In this document: positions 1 through 14,767 of the stretch, one piece after another
Layout of the letters: each line of letters starts with the position of its first letter
How positions within the stretch are numbered: the first letter of the stretch is position 1
Assembly (NCBI GenBank): GCA_964016885.1
Contig: OZ024743.1
Span: 194,556,001-194,620,000, forward strand
Source of the DNA: Eledone cirrhosa
Lineage: Eukaryota
DNA: 64,000 nucleotides
Direction: 5' to 3'
The notes under the pieces: model-generated
What the model saw: the letters and a program-made list of their open reading frames with translations, nothing else
Told to the model about the DNA's origin: nothing
The model's database searches: none
Position numbers and translations under genes: made by a program

Positions 1-1767
<1,767 letters not shown>

Positions 1768-2448
1768 TGTACACAAACATACATATAAAAGGTATATATA
1801 TATATGTACATATATACATAAATACATTTGAATATTTATACACTCACGCAAACAAATAGACAAATGAATATGTGTGTGTGTGTATGTTTAATATACATAT
1901 ATAGCTGAAGTATATGTTAAGCAAGCGCGCGTTTTCAACCTTAACACCACACATCACCACCACATCCAGCAACAGAAAACATTAATACCCGCCAACAATA
2001 ACATTAAACACAATGATGTAAATGGCATCATTTCAAATTAGACTTTAGTATATATTTCGAGATTTTCCTCCTGTGGATGAGTAATGCTCTAAAATTAGAT
2101 GGCATGAGTATAAAGTGTTAAGCTCATAGATCAACATCAATCGGCTATACACTGGTTGTGAATTGAAATGGCATGGAATATGTAAAAAGGAAAATCATTC
2201 GCTATTTATAATATGGAAAACAGTATTGAGAAAGCATGCAGAATAAAACAAGCAAATAAGCGAAAAAGATATAAATCAAGGGAAAAAGAAATGAATATAA
2301 TTAATATAATATAAACTATCAGCAATGAAAGGAGAAAAGCTTAACAGAAACGTTGTTGCGGGTACAATAATAGCTCTTGTTTCAGGAATACCCTGGCTCA
2401 GATAAAGGAGAATTCTTGGACATCTCATGTTGTAAACTATAGGGCTAA

Positions 2449-2952
2449 TTGTGATTTCTAATTTAGGCACAAGACCAGTCATTTTTGTTTCCGTTGTTGG
2501 TTGTGAGAGAGGGGTGGGTCAAAGTCGATTTATATAAACCGTAGTACGTGAGTAGTACTTTATCTTATCGGCCACGGAAAGATGATAAGCAAAGTTAACT
2601 TCGGCAGGATTTGAACTCAAAAGGTAAAGAACAGTGAGTAAATGGTGAGAAACATTTTGTTCGAAACTTTAATGATTCTGCCAATTCACAGCTTTTACTA
2701 TAGGTCGAATAATCCCTGCACTGGATCAATAAATATTGGTTTCTGATTTAGGTACAAAGCCAACAATTTTGGTGGATCGGCAAGTCGATTAAATCGACCG
2801 AGTGAGCGACTGGCACTTTATTTTATCGACCCCATAAGGATAAAAAGTAAAGTTAACCTCGGCAGGATTTGAACTCAGATGGTAAAAAGGCTTGTACTCT
2901 ATGATAGAAAGCATGTTGTCCGTTGCTCCATCGATACTGCCAATCCACCACC
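2449..2952 (-). mobile_element. Two copies of the abundant tRNA-derived SINE with a Meta-like central domain (2449-2692, 2736-2952)
   Basis: Shared consensus ttgtttctactttaggcacaaggcc...tttatcgacccc...aaagttaacctcggc.ggatttgaactcag...ctgccaatccacc; the minus strand gives A-box- and B-box (GAGTTCAAATCC)-like motifs. Confidence 0.85.
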
Positions 2953-3429
2953 CTACTGGATTTCTCTATACCAAAAAAAATTGTATACGTTCAAAGAGAT
3001 GATAGACTGGGAGACTTAGGTACGCCGTTTTAAGGTCAACATGAAAGGAAATATTATACAAATTAAATCACGTTGTTCTCGTAGGGAATATAAATAAAAT
3101 GTTTGGCATGTCAATGAATCTAATCCTGTGTTTACAACAACAAATATGAATTATGAATCAAGCACAATAATTAAAGCATTTAGTGTTAGCATTGTTGTAT
3201 ATACTTAGAAGTCCGGTATGTTGGTCGTAAGTATATAATAGCGGAGAACAGAAGTCAAGATAAAAGCATTTTGGGTTAAAATCATTGTCGTGTTATGTTA
3301 CACGATAATCTATATAGACGCAATCAAGTGAAACTCTAACTCTCTCTCTCTCTATCTATCTATCTCCCCCTCTCTTTCTCTCTCTTCCCCTCTCTCTCTC
3401 CGTCTCTCTCTTTATATATATAAATACAG

Positions 3430-3494
<65 letters not shown>

Positions 3495-3497
3495 CTG

Positions 3498-3543
<46 letters not shown>

Positions 3544-3582
3544 AAGTGTTTATACATAAAATGTATATTACCTACAACACAC

Positions 3583-3633
<51 letters not shown>

Positions 3634-4154
3634 TTGTGAATTTGTGTGTGTGTGTGTATCTAAGTATACATGTATACAAAAATTACTATTCTTTCATATT
3701 AGCCCCACCTCACATAAAGGTTAAATGTATCAAATTAAACTTACATCAGTACCGGAAATATTAATATAACATAATTTCCGGTATGTCTGACAGCCCAATG
3801 CATCGATATCAATGTTAAACGCGAATACTAAAAGTCTTGCTCAATATCACCATCAGTAAAAAGCTCTTAAAAGACTTCCAAAGAGTTCTCATTGTATTTA
3901 TATAGGAGTCTGAGGCATAGTTACTGTTTATTTAATATTACAATGATTCGTGAGTAATTTTTAGATTGAAAATGTGTTGCATACATCTAAAGATAAATGG
4001 ACAGAAATATACAAAAATAGTCAAATAGTAGTAGGTGGTATATAATCCGGCTATGGATATTATTGCTAGTCAATTGAAGAACGGAAAATAAACACGAATG
4101 ATTCATTAGCGTTGTGAAAATAATAGAGGAGAAACAAATATAAAAGAGTTAAAA

Positions 4155-4373
4155 GAGGCTGCTGTACTTCGGGCCGAGAAAGGTAAACGCTCCAAATATC
4201 TATCGCTCACCAACAGGCTTGCGGTCGAGCCCGTAGAGATTTCTGGTGTCCTTGGCCCTAGGACCACCTCCCTTCTCACCAACATCAGCATAGAGTTGGC
4301 TAACCGCAGGTGTGAGACTCGCGTGCTCGAATGGCTCTTACAGTGCGTCTCCCTCACCATCCTTCAGTCCAAC
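4155..4373 (+). mobile_element. Fragment of a CRE-clade-like non-LTR retrotransposon (RLE C-terminus)
   Basis: Translates as RAEKGKRSKYLSL...EPVEISGVLGP...EWLLQCVSLTIL, the AE-K-KY...P...G..G...WL.Q..S pattern of CRE RLE domains; homologous to 21740-22025. Confidence 0.65.
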
Positions 4374-4559
4374 ATTAACCCTATCAAATAAGACTGGAAC
4401 ATAATTCTGAAATGACATCTTATATAATAAAGCTTTAGATAAGTCAATATTGCAGCGTTGTTATACACGTCAGGTCGTGAAGGTTTTTCGAGTGGATGAT
4501 TTGTTTCGCTGTGATAAGCAAAAATGAGTCACGTTAGCGTTGGTAAGTTCTGAATCTCT

Positions 4560-4695
4560 GTCGGTTTAAACTAGAGTGTTCCAGCTGAGTGTTCTGGTCC
4601 AACGTGAAACATAATACCTTGCTCAACGATGAATTGAACTCATGAACATATGACTGTGAGAGGAAGACCCTAACCATTAAGCCACGCGCTTTCAC
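4560..4695 (-). mobile_element. Degenerate tRNA-derived SINE (second family)
   Basis: Minus strand starts gcgcgtggcttaatggttagg...gagttcaattc...ttgagcaag; similar to 10521-10852. Confidence 0.55.
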
Positions 4696-4759
4696 GTTGG
4701 CATTTAAAATGTGTACAACGAAATTGTATATTTCAATTTCGTAAGCTTATGAAATATAG

Positions 4760-5490
4760 TTGTTTCTAAGATAGACATTTATTTTATCGACATCAAAAGG
4801 ATGAAAGCAAAGCTGATATTGGTGGGATTTGAAATTAAATCGTTCAATATAATGTTTTGTGATTTAGGCACAAGCTAGTAATTTTGGGGAAGGAGAAAGT
4901 CGATTAAATCGATTCCAGTGCATTACTGGTACTTTATATTATCGATCCCGCAAGGATGAAAGACAAAGCTAACCTCTACGAGATTTGAACTTAGAAAGTA
5001 ATGGGCCGTATTTCTATGATTCAATGCAAGTTGTCCGAAGCTTTCTCTAGCGATACTGCGAATCCACCGCCCTAGAACGCTCAATATAATTGTTTCTACT
5101 TTTGGCACAAGGCCAGCAATTATCCCAGTGTATTACTGGTACTCTATTTGATCTACCCTGTAAGGATGAAAGGCAAAGTTATCCTCGGGGGGATTTGAAC
5201 TCAGATCATAAAGGGGCGTAACTCTTAGCTGCAATGCATGACGCCCGCCGACCCTGTTACCGATAACGCTCAATATAATAACAGTTTCTAATATAAGCTT
5301 AAGGATAATAATTTGGGTAGGGGAAAGAGAAAGTAGATTATATCAATCCCAGTAATAAACTGACTTTTATTGACCCCAGAAAGATAATAAGCAAAGCTGA
5401 CCACAGCAGGATGTCCACTCATAACATGGAATACCGTAAATATATGCTACAAAGCATTCTGTCCGTCATTCTAACAATTCTGACAACGAC
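4760..5490 (-). mobile_element. Cluster of about 4 tandem copies of the abundant SINE
   Basis: Consensus matches at about 4760-4845, 4855-5071, 5090-5265 and 5283-5490; 15-bp direct repeat aacgctcaatataat at 5076-5090 and 5265-5279 (TSD-like). Confidence 0.85.
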
Positions 5491-5770
5491 GTATGCTTTA
5501 TAATGATTTTAGCGATGTCAACCGTTAAGAATATCCTGAATTAGATGGAATGATGATTTCGTTCTGAAAGTCATTGTTAACTGGAGTTAGTCCAAACATG
5601 TAGGAATCAGAAGACAAATAGTACACGATTCTGGACGCTAGCATACATAAATCACCTGGATATGCCTTGCTGTTGCAGGGCAAAAAGCCAAAGTGTTACA
5701 TCTGATATAAACGAGGCTCGAAGACAGCTCTCTACATATGTCATTTGTAGAGATATATACATAGATACAT

Positions 5771-6090
5771 GGTGGCTGCCAACTCGTTTTCGAGTATGGC
5801 CACTACTTTATATCCATGTAGGAGAACCCCTACCGATGGGCTGAACGAGTGTGACTTTTTAGTCCAGCCAGCGACTTGAAAACTCTAGTACAAACACTAC
5901 ACTTGTGACAATTATTGACACATAGTGCTGGGTCCATGGTACCATGTGACGACAAGTGCAGAGAGGTCTCCAGATATAAAGCAATGCCTGTGCCGTGAAG
6001 CTTTTATAGTGAGCAAAGGCTCTGCACAAAGTCAGTCCCACTCTCTTAACCAAGATGATATTTACCAAAAAGAAGAACAAGTCAACATCA
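5771..6090 (-). mobile_element. Non-autonomous RTE-like retroposon, 5'-truncated copy 1
   Basis: Near-identical to 37137-37753, 41505-41913 and 45991-46352; common 3' end; atagatacat duplicated on both sides. Confidence 0.85.
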
Positions 6091-6182
6091 TAGATACATA
6101 CATACATACGTACATACATACATACATACATACGTACATACATACATACATACGTACATACATACATACATACATACATACA

Positions 6183-6214
<32 letters not shown>

Positions 6215-6285
6215 CACACACACATATATATATATATGTATAATATATACACGTATATATAAACATATATATATATATATACACC

Positions 6286-6394
<109 letters not shown>

Positions 6395-7884
6395 TGCAAG
6401 TCAACAAACGATATGGAGGTGTGGTCGCTTGTATCACAGATGACATTGCAAAATTTGCAAAAGGTAAAGAAGTCCACGGTCGTAGACGTACACTCTTTCG
6501 ACCCCTACCAACATTACTACTGGTCTCACAGAGATCTCAGTGATGGACAAGGGAGTGAAACACTGCCCTTAGAGTATTTTCCACGAAGAAAACAAAACAT
6601 AATGTGAAATTACATGACAAGAAAAATGCCCATAACATTTATTGTACACCATTGGTCGAACAATATGGAACGGATAGCGCCAGTTATATTTGTGGAAACA
6701 AACACAATGTAAGTGAGACACAAAGAAGAAAATGCTGGCTGGTAGCAACTGCTAGAACACAGAACGCGTGATTTTAAAACGTAACAGGAGGGTGGTCGTT
6801 CAATTTGATGAGCATTCGGATGCCATTGATCATTGCAATGACCTAGCCGCTAAAAATGGGAGCGAAACGTTTCTGTTTCCAGTTGCGCTTGACGTGTGCT
6901 AAGATGTACTGAAACAAGTCTGGCATAAACTCATGAGATTCGTAGGGGTTCACAATCCAAAACAGGGGATTTGGTCTCTTACAACAGTTCATCACGTTTC
7001 GCATTGAAGAAATAATCGAGAGCCGTTCCTTCTGCAAACATACCGGCTGCAATGTCTCTATAAATCCCCTCTTCTAGAGTACTCATAGTTTTATCTATAG
7101 ACTATTTTTCTCTATTACTAATTCCCAGAGATGTGTTTCCCATCTAAAGAGAAGACTAGATCAACCTGTCTACTCAACGACCAAAGTGAGGGACGTCCCG
7201 CTTTTCCTGCACCAATTCTTCGAATAACCAGTTTACAATGACTCATTGTCAATGAGAGGAGAAAGTGGAAATGTACGTGGACTTGGGTTACTAGAAATAG
7301 GTGTTGCCATCAGCAACACCAGAATGTCTTAGATACACGCTCTCGTCCCCGTTTTCGATGGCATATACATATATTTAATATATATACATATATATATATT
7401 CATATATATATTACCGATCTAGGAGTGAATATTATTATTGTTTTCCTATAATCCCTTCAAATGGTTATGATCCCGGGACATTGACATCAGGTTTAGCGAA
7501 ATTTACTTTTAATGCAGCTGGGAAATTTACAAGGTGTAAAAACAAGAACAGAAAAAAAAGAAAACTTAATTGATATTTTCTGAGAGATTTCTAAAAATTT
7601 CTATAGATTAGCAATGGTGGTTTTGACCTGTATTGAACGTATAAATGAAGCTTGATATTAAGGCGTGTGTGAATGAGGACAAGCATTTAAAGAAAAGAAT
7701 TTGGAATGGAATTTGTTATAAAGAAGATCGTTAAGTGGGGCTAAATATAGTATACCGTCACACAGGTTTTGTTTCGGTTCATTGTTTTAAAATAAAATTC
7801 TTCGTGGCAGATAAACACCAAGACAATTACGCGCACAGACAAATACAAACACGCAAATTCCTCCACAATATATATGTGTATGTG

Positions 7885-7933
<49 letters not shown>

Positions 7934-7936
<3 letters not shown>

Positions 7937-9007
7937 AAAGTTCCTATTTAAATTGTAGGGATACAACAAGCAAATATTATTATAACTGATATAAAGCACT
8001 CGACAAATATTTGGAGTAGATATACAATATTAATAAATGGAAACTATATTTATAAAACTATATTTATTTCATTATATATATTTCAAGGATACCAAGTTAA
8101 ATCATGGTATGCCCTCATCAGACAAAATCCAATATATGACAGTTTTACAAATAGATAATTGACATACCCTTTCAAAAAGGTGACCGTTGTTTTTGGAGTC
8201 CATCCGGATAATGGTTTGTTTACCTTAGTGAGTCATAGTGTTAAGAGTAAATCATAGTGTTAAGAGTAAGTAAAAAGATGGAGAAAGAGAGAGAGAGAGA
8301 AACGTGGATAAAAGAAAGGGAAAGATAGATAAAGAAAAAGAAGAAAGCAAAACGAAAAGAGAACAGAGGAAAAATAACGGGGAGATATCAAAACATCAGA
8401 CAGAGAAAAACCCAAGAGAGAGATATGCATAGATAGAGAGAGGGGGGAGAGAACGAAAACCTTAAGTTATGTTATATGAAGTTGAGTTAACAATTGAGAT
8501 GAAATGAATAAATAAAATTAGAAATATTAATATTCGTGAATGGAATATAGATATATAATATGAGAAATTACACATTGTTTAATTATGATTATCTATCTAT
8601 GCATATCTCTCTCTTGGGTTTTTCTCTGTCTGATGTTTTGATATCTCCCCGTTATTTTTCCTCTGTTCTCTTTTCGTTTTGCTTTCTTCTTTTTCTTTAT
8701 CTATCTTTCCCTTTCTTTTATCCACGTTTCTCTCTCTCTCTTTCTCCATCTTTTTACTTACTCTTAACACTATGATTTACTCTTAACACTATGACTCACC
8801 AAAGTAAATAAACCACTATCCGGATGGCCTCCAAAAACAACGGTGACCTTTTTGAAAGTGTATGTCAATTATCTATTTGTAAAACTGTTATATATTGTAT
8901 TTTGTCTGATGAAGACATACCATGATTTAACTTGGTATCCTTGAAATATATATAATGAAATAAATATTGTTTTATAAATATAGTTTCCATTTATTAATAT
9001 TGTATAT
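7934..9007 (-). mobile_element. PLE-type fold-back element: 86-nt tail plus ~418-bp inverted repeat with hammerhead
   Basis: Arms 8020-8437 and 8592-9007 are near-exact reverse complements; tail 7934-8019; (TA)n on both sides. Confidence 0.85.
8898..8962 (+). ncRNA. Minimal type I hammerhead ribozyme (mirror copy at 8065-8128, minus strand)
   Basis: tattttgt-CTGATGA-stem II (atacca/tggtat)-GAAA-T-atat-ATA-atgaaata; stem I closes over 8 bp including G-U pairs. Confidence 0.75.
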
Positions 9008-9017
9008 ATATATATAT

Positions 9018-9529
<512 letters not shown>

Positions 9530-9671
9530 TATAGTACAGATTAACATTTAAGCAAAAGATCGTTGCGTTCACCTTTACGGGATCTTCTGAAACTTGCTCT
9601 ACGTTTTATATATATATGTATATATAATGCTTATCGAACCCCACTTCCGATTTAGTCTTCACATTTATTAT

Positions 9672-9716
<45 letters not shown>

Positions 9717-9723
<7 letters not shown>

Positions 9724-10156
9724 AATAGGATTTCGCTTCAAGCATAGCTTTATACAATATGTATAAATATTTCGATCTCCAAAGAAATACACTTTTAGGA
9801 AGCCGTAGCTATGCAAACGCCGGGGGGCTAACGCCCTCAGGTGATGTCCAGCAGAAGCAAGGGGGACAACCGTCTATGCATTTCAGGCTTAACTGGCCTT
9901 CGTCAGGATGGTCCCTCCCACCGCTTACTACTGGTGGACTAGAAGACAGGCGAGAGTATATACTTTTCTCGTCTGTGTAAATGAGATGATTAATCTCATT
10001 TGCATATGAAGCTGCGTAAGTTGGCTCAACTTATAATAAAAAAGAAATAGGATTTCGCTTCAAGCATATCTTTATACAATTTGTATAAATATTTCGTATC
10101 TCCAAAGAAATACAGTTTTAGGAAGCCGTAGATATGCAAATACCGGGGGGCAAACG

Positions 10157-10160
<4 letters not shown>
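9717..10160 (-). mobile_element. PLE-type element with partial tandem direct repeat (pseudo-LTR) and hammerhead
   Basis: About 120-bp direct repeat at 9717-9837 and 10037-10160; flanked by (TA)n and (TC)n; hammerhead between the repeats. Confidence 0.75.
9869..9912 (-). ncRNA. Minimal type I hammerhead ribozyme
   Basis: Minus strand: accatc-CTGACGA-aggc cagttaa gcct-GAAA-tgca-TA-gacggt; stem I has one mismatch. Confidence 0.8.
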
Positions 10161-10212
<52 letters not shown>

Positions 10213-10520
10213 ATATATATATATATATATATACAACGTTTAATATGGAACATCAAGAAAGCCCTGTCGATTTCTTTTGAATGAAGCAATTCCAGGCCAG
10301 TAGAAGCCATATCTATAATAAACATGATGTTTACAGTCTTCTAATGTATTCAGTACCTTACTTACTGTGGGTAGCCCCGATTGATCCCGGGACTCACACA
10401 CACACGCACATACACACATGGGTGTGTAGTGTCTGTGCATCACTTGATATAGGTATACGTTTATATGCACTTACACATATTTATCATTTATGTAATATAT
10501 ATATGTAATATATATATATA

Positions 10521-10852
10521 TGGCTTAGTGGTTAGATCATTGGCCTTGCAATCCAAAGGTTGTGAGTTCAATTCTCAGACCGGGTGATGTATTGTTTCCT
10601 TGAGCAAGACACTTTATTTCACATTACTCCAGTTTACTCAGCTGTAGAAATGACATGATAGTACTGGGTTCCCTATCGTTCCACTGCAAAGTGGTAGTGG
10701 GGGTGCCACCTCAAAAAGCACCCAGCCCACACTATAAAGGAGGTTGGTGTTAGGAAGGGCATCAAGCTGTAGAAATCAAGCCAGAATCAGTTCCTGTCCC
10801 ACCCTTGCAGGCAGGTAAAAGCAGACGTAAAATGATGATGATGATGATGATG
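10521..10852 (+). mobile_element. tRNA-derived SINE (second family) ending in (ATG)n
   Basis: A box tggcttagtggttag, B box gagttcaattc, tccttgagcaagacactt core, tail gacgtaaaatgatgatg also seen at the end of the RTE fragment near 33530. Confidence 0.75.
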
Positions 10853-10854
10853 AT

Positions 10855-11332
10855 ATACATAAATGTAATCTCTGTTTTTCGAATATTAATAATTGTTTCT
10901 ACTTTAGGCACAAGGCCAGCAATTATCCAGTGCATTACTGGTACTTTATTTTATCGACCCCGTAAGGATGAAAGGCAAAGTCAACCTCGGCGGGATTTGA
11001 ATTCAGATCGTAAAGGGACATAACTATGCTGGAAAGCATGGCGTCCGACCCTCTACCGATACTGCCAAATAATAACATTCGATCAGTTTGGAATTATGCA
11101 AACAAGCCTCATTTTTATAGTAGAATGAACCCTTTATTCTTGCTCTTGTGTTGGCATGTGTTTACATGTGAATACATGCCAACACAAGAGAAATAATGAA
11201 GTGTTGCTTCTACTGACTTGGCTATAAAAATGAGGCTTGTTTGCATAAGTGTAAATGAATCGAATATTATTAATATTAGAAAAACTCAGATTACATTTAT
11301 TGTATTCAGCCATGTAGAGCGAAGATTTTCTT
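10855..11332. mobile_element. Older fold-back element split by a SINE insertion (10893-11068)
   Basis: 10855-10892 plus 11070-11166 is the approximate reverse complement of 11167-11305; about 27-nt tail, then (TA)n. Confidence 0.7.
10893..11068 (-). mobile_element. Abundant tRNA-derived SINE copy
   Basis: Close match to family consensus. Confidence 0.9.
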
Positions 11333-11909
11333 TATATATATATATATATATATAAAACAATGTGTGTGTGTGTTTGTGTATGCATGTGCGTGAGTGTGTA
11401 CGTTTGTTATATTGATACATATAAACGGGCGTGTGTAATTATCTTAATAGTAGATGATTACATTTTATAAATATCTACTAAACGAAACAGAATGTAAATC
11501 TAATAAGTCTCAAGAAACCATTTTATTTCAAATTTCCTTGTTTCCTAACCATACAATATAGAAATAAGTCCAACACCTGTTCAAACAAATATTTCTTTTA
11601 AGTCTATCCCACGGAGACTGATATTTAAGAGAAATCTATATACATTCTTAGAACATTTGTACCTATTTTTCTTGTTTTTCATTCTTAGCAGGCCTTGTCA
11701 CTTGCACAGCTGTGTATCAAGCAATATGTCGCCCACTTGCTTCAATGTCATATAATCATGTCTGACTAATGATATATTATAAGTATGCGGTCACAAACAA
11801 TACCGAATAATCTTTGAATAAATTATTATTTCTCTCTATCTGCTCGTATTGAGTACATTTATACTGCTGAATATTCATTTCAGGACAAGAGTTGAAACGT
11901 TTACTCACT

Positions 11910-11986
<77 letters not shown>

Positions 11987-11990
<4 letters not shown>

Positions 11991-12725
11991 CAAAGCTTAT
12001 AAGCTGACAGAGCTCTGTTTCGTACTGTTGGTACTTATCAAAGCCTAACACTCCTGTTTGCTGACATTTATGAATGTTGGATTCTTATAGAATTCCAGTA
12101 ATAATCAGGAACTGATTATACAGAGCGGTTGCCGGTCCAGCAAAAATTGAAAATTAGATTTGGTGCTCTGAAATAGCGATATATATATATGAATGTATAT
12201 ATAGTGTATTTTGCAATAAACTGTATCCTTAATTAAAAGCATTTTGAAGACCTTACGCTATTGTTTTAAAGTAGTGACTATGTCACTTACTTCTATTTTC
12301 AGCAAACAAGTGTCTTCAAAATGCTTTTAATTAAGCATACAGTCTACTGCAAAATACACTATATATACATTCATATATATATCGCTATTTCAGAGCACCA
12401 ATTCTAATTTTCAAATTTTGCTGGACCGGCAACCGCTCTGTATAATCAGTTCCTGATTATTACTGGAATTCTATAAGAATCCAACATTCATAATGTTCAG
12501 CAATCAGGAGGAGTACTAGGCTTTGATAAGTACGAAACAGAGTTCAGTCAGCTTATCTCCCCTAGATATAGAAATCTGTAGAAGATATTCTTTATGGATT
12601 TGGAAGAGAAGAGTTGATTCAGCTATGCCATTATAAACTCATCAAAGGCCAGTTAATGAAATAAAACCAGCAGGAGACTACCTTCTCAAACACCCTTATC
12701 TTACAACCTCACCATTTTCTGAGTG
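11987..12725 (+). mobile_element. PLE-type fold-back element: ~250-bp inverted repeat with variant hammerhead plus right-hand tail
   Basis: Arms about 11998-12250 and 12312-12556; left flank (TC)n, right flank (TA)/(TG)n. Confidence 0.8.
12001..12046 (-). ncRNA. Type I hammerhead ribozyme with U3-A8 core (UUGAUAA)
   Basis: Minus strand: aggct-TTGATAA-gtac caaca gtac-GAAAC-agagctct-GTC-agctt; the plus-arm copy (12518-12554) has lost stem II. Confidence 0.75.
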
Positions 12726-13019
12726 TATATATATGTGTATTTATGTGTGTGTGTGTACATGTGTGTGTGTGTGTATGTATACTTTAATTCCTCAGGACCT
12801 TCATCATCATCAACACCACACGCAACACTCCAGACACATCTAAATCTCTCTTATATATAGTCACACATTTCAACACAACCTGATCTCAGTTTGACAATCG
12901 CCATAGACAGAAGAATGCGAGAAAGTTCTCCAAACCAAGTTAACCAGGAATATCTAAAATTCTTACCACCGAAATTAACAAAGAACTTACTGGATCTACC
13001 AACTCATAATATTATAATA

Positions 13020-13163
13020 TTATATTAGAGTTACAGCTCTTTGCAGTCTGGGTTCAAATCCCGCCGAGGTTAACTTTACCTTTCATCATTACAGGATCGA
13101 TAAAATAAAGTACCAGTAATTCACTGGTATAATTGCTGGCCTTGTACCAAAAGTAGAAACAAT
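13020..13163 (+). mobile_element. 5'-truncated copy of the abundant SINE
   Basis: ggttcaaatcccgccgaggttaacttt...gtagaaacaa. Confidence 0.85.
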
Positions 13164-13482
13164 TATGTTATTAAATCATCAATTTTTTTTTACACTACAA
13201 ATAAAGTCATTCTTTTCCTTTTTTTCAAATATACCTAACTGTACCAATGATCTCACACATTTTCCAATATATATATGTATGTATATATATATATATATAC
13301 TATATATATATATATACTATATATATATATATATATATGCTAATAATACATATTTGTTGTACAAGTTTATATATACACACACACACACGCACACACACAC
13401 ACACTCTCTCTCTCTTTCTTTCACTATTTTCTCTCTCTCTCTCTCTCTATATGTATATATATATATATATTTATTTTTTTCA

Positions 13483-14457
13483 CTAGAGCACGTAAAATTC
13501 CCGAGATCCATGGACTCTCCATAGGTCTCTGTCCCTCATTATCGCTGCCATGTCCTACGTTCCAACAGACCAGAGTCTGTCCTTAGGGCATCAACATACG
13601 TTAACCTTGGACTTCATCTTCCAGTGTGTCCATGTAGGGGCTCCTACAGGAGAACTGAGTGCAATGTCAACTTTGGATTTCGGTGAGCATGTCCAGCTAA
13701 CCTTAGTGTCCTCTGTGTCACTTTTGAGCTGACTTTTGGTAGGCTCCCATATAGCTCTGAGTTTTTCATCCTCAGTGTATACTGATTAATGTTCAGAGTC
13801 ATCCTCAGCATTCTCGTGTAGCACCCATCCACCATCTGAGTGAGTTTCTTGGTCAGTGTCCAAGCCTCAGACCCGTACAGCAGCACAGACTCCACTACAG
13901 CAATAAAAAGGCGGACTTTCAGGTATTTACGAAAATCCCACTTACACACCGATTTCAAGCTGTGGCACGCCGCTCAGGCTTTGTTCTTCCTCTCAACCAC
14001 CCCATCTTCCGTATTCCTAATCTTTGCTCCCAAATACAGGAAGTCCTCAACCAATTCTAGCGGCTTCCCGCGTACATTAGTGAGCCCCTCTGGCTTCTCA
14101 ACATTCTCTACCAGATATTTTGTTTTAGTCATTATACCTGATGGGATGACAGAGTTCTTTGAGATACTGGCTGGAGTGTTCCAGGGAGATAAATTGTCTC
14201 CCTACCTTTTTATTATCGTAGTGGACTATTGTATGCGCCTTGCACTGGAGAAACACCAGGACTCTGGCTTTACTGTAGCACCGGCCCAGAGCAGGAGAGT
14301 TAAGGCGAAAAAGATATCATATGCTGAATTTGCCGACGACATAGTTTTGGTGAAGGAGGCAGAGGATTTAATGTAGGAGGTTGAGACTGTGTCGATGAGT
14401 GTGGGGGTGAGAATGAATGAGACTAAAACAAAATATCTGGTAGGGAATGTTGAAAAG
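13483..14457 (-). mobile_element. RTE/RTE-X LINE 3' fragment with 5' inversion
   Basis: Minus 13483-14130 encodes VESVLLYGSEAWTL...DGCYTRMLR; plus 14131-14457 encodes RT motifs GVFQGDKLSP and FADD. Confidence 0.85.
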
Positions 14458-14462
14458 AAAAG

Positions 14463-14521
<59 letters not shown>

Positions 14522-14702
14522 AATAATAAATATTTGTTTTACGGGTTTACACACACACACACATACACTCACACATATATATATATATTGTTGCGTAAGA
14601 AAATATAAATTAATATATTTATATATAAATTTGAAGCTTTCGCATCAATCTTTCAGTCAGCCAATGGACCCTCCGATGTTACTCTTTGTATTTACTACTA
14701 CT

Positions 14703-14766
<64 letters not shown>

Positions 14767-14767
14767 T

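Noticed and set aside
6395-7060. Higher-complexity island, possible decayed transposase or exon
   Set aside because: No recognisable motif in the frames I read
8815-8870. Possible second hammerhead (ccggatgg...gaaagtgtatgtc)
   Set aside because: Core and stem I do not fit in either arm
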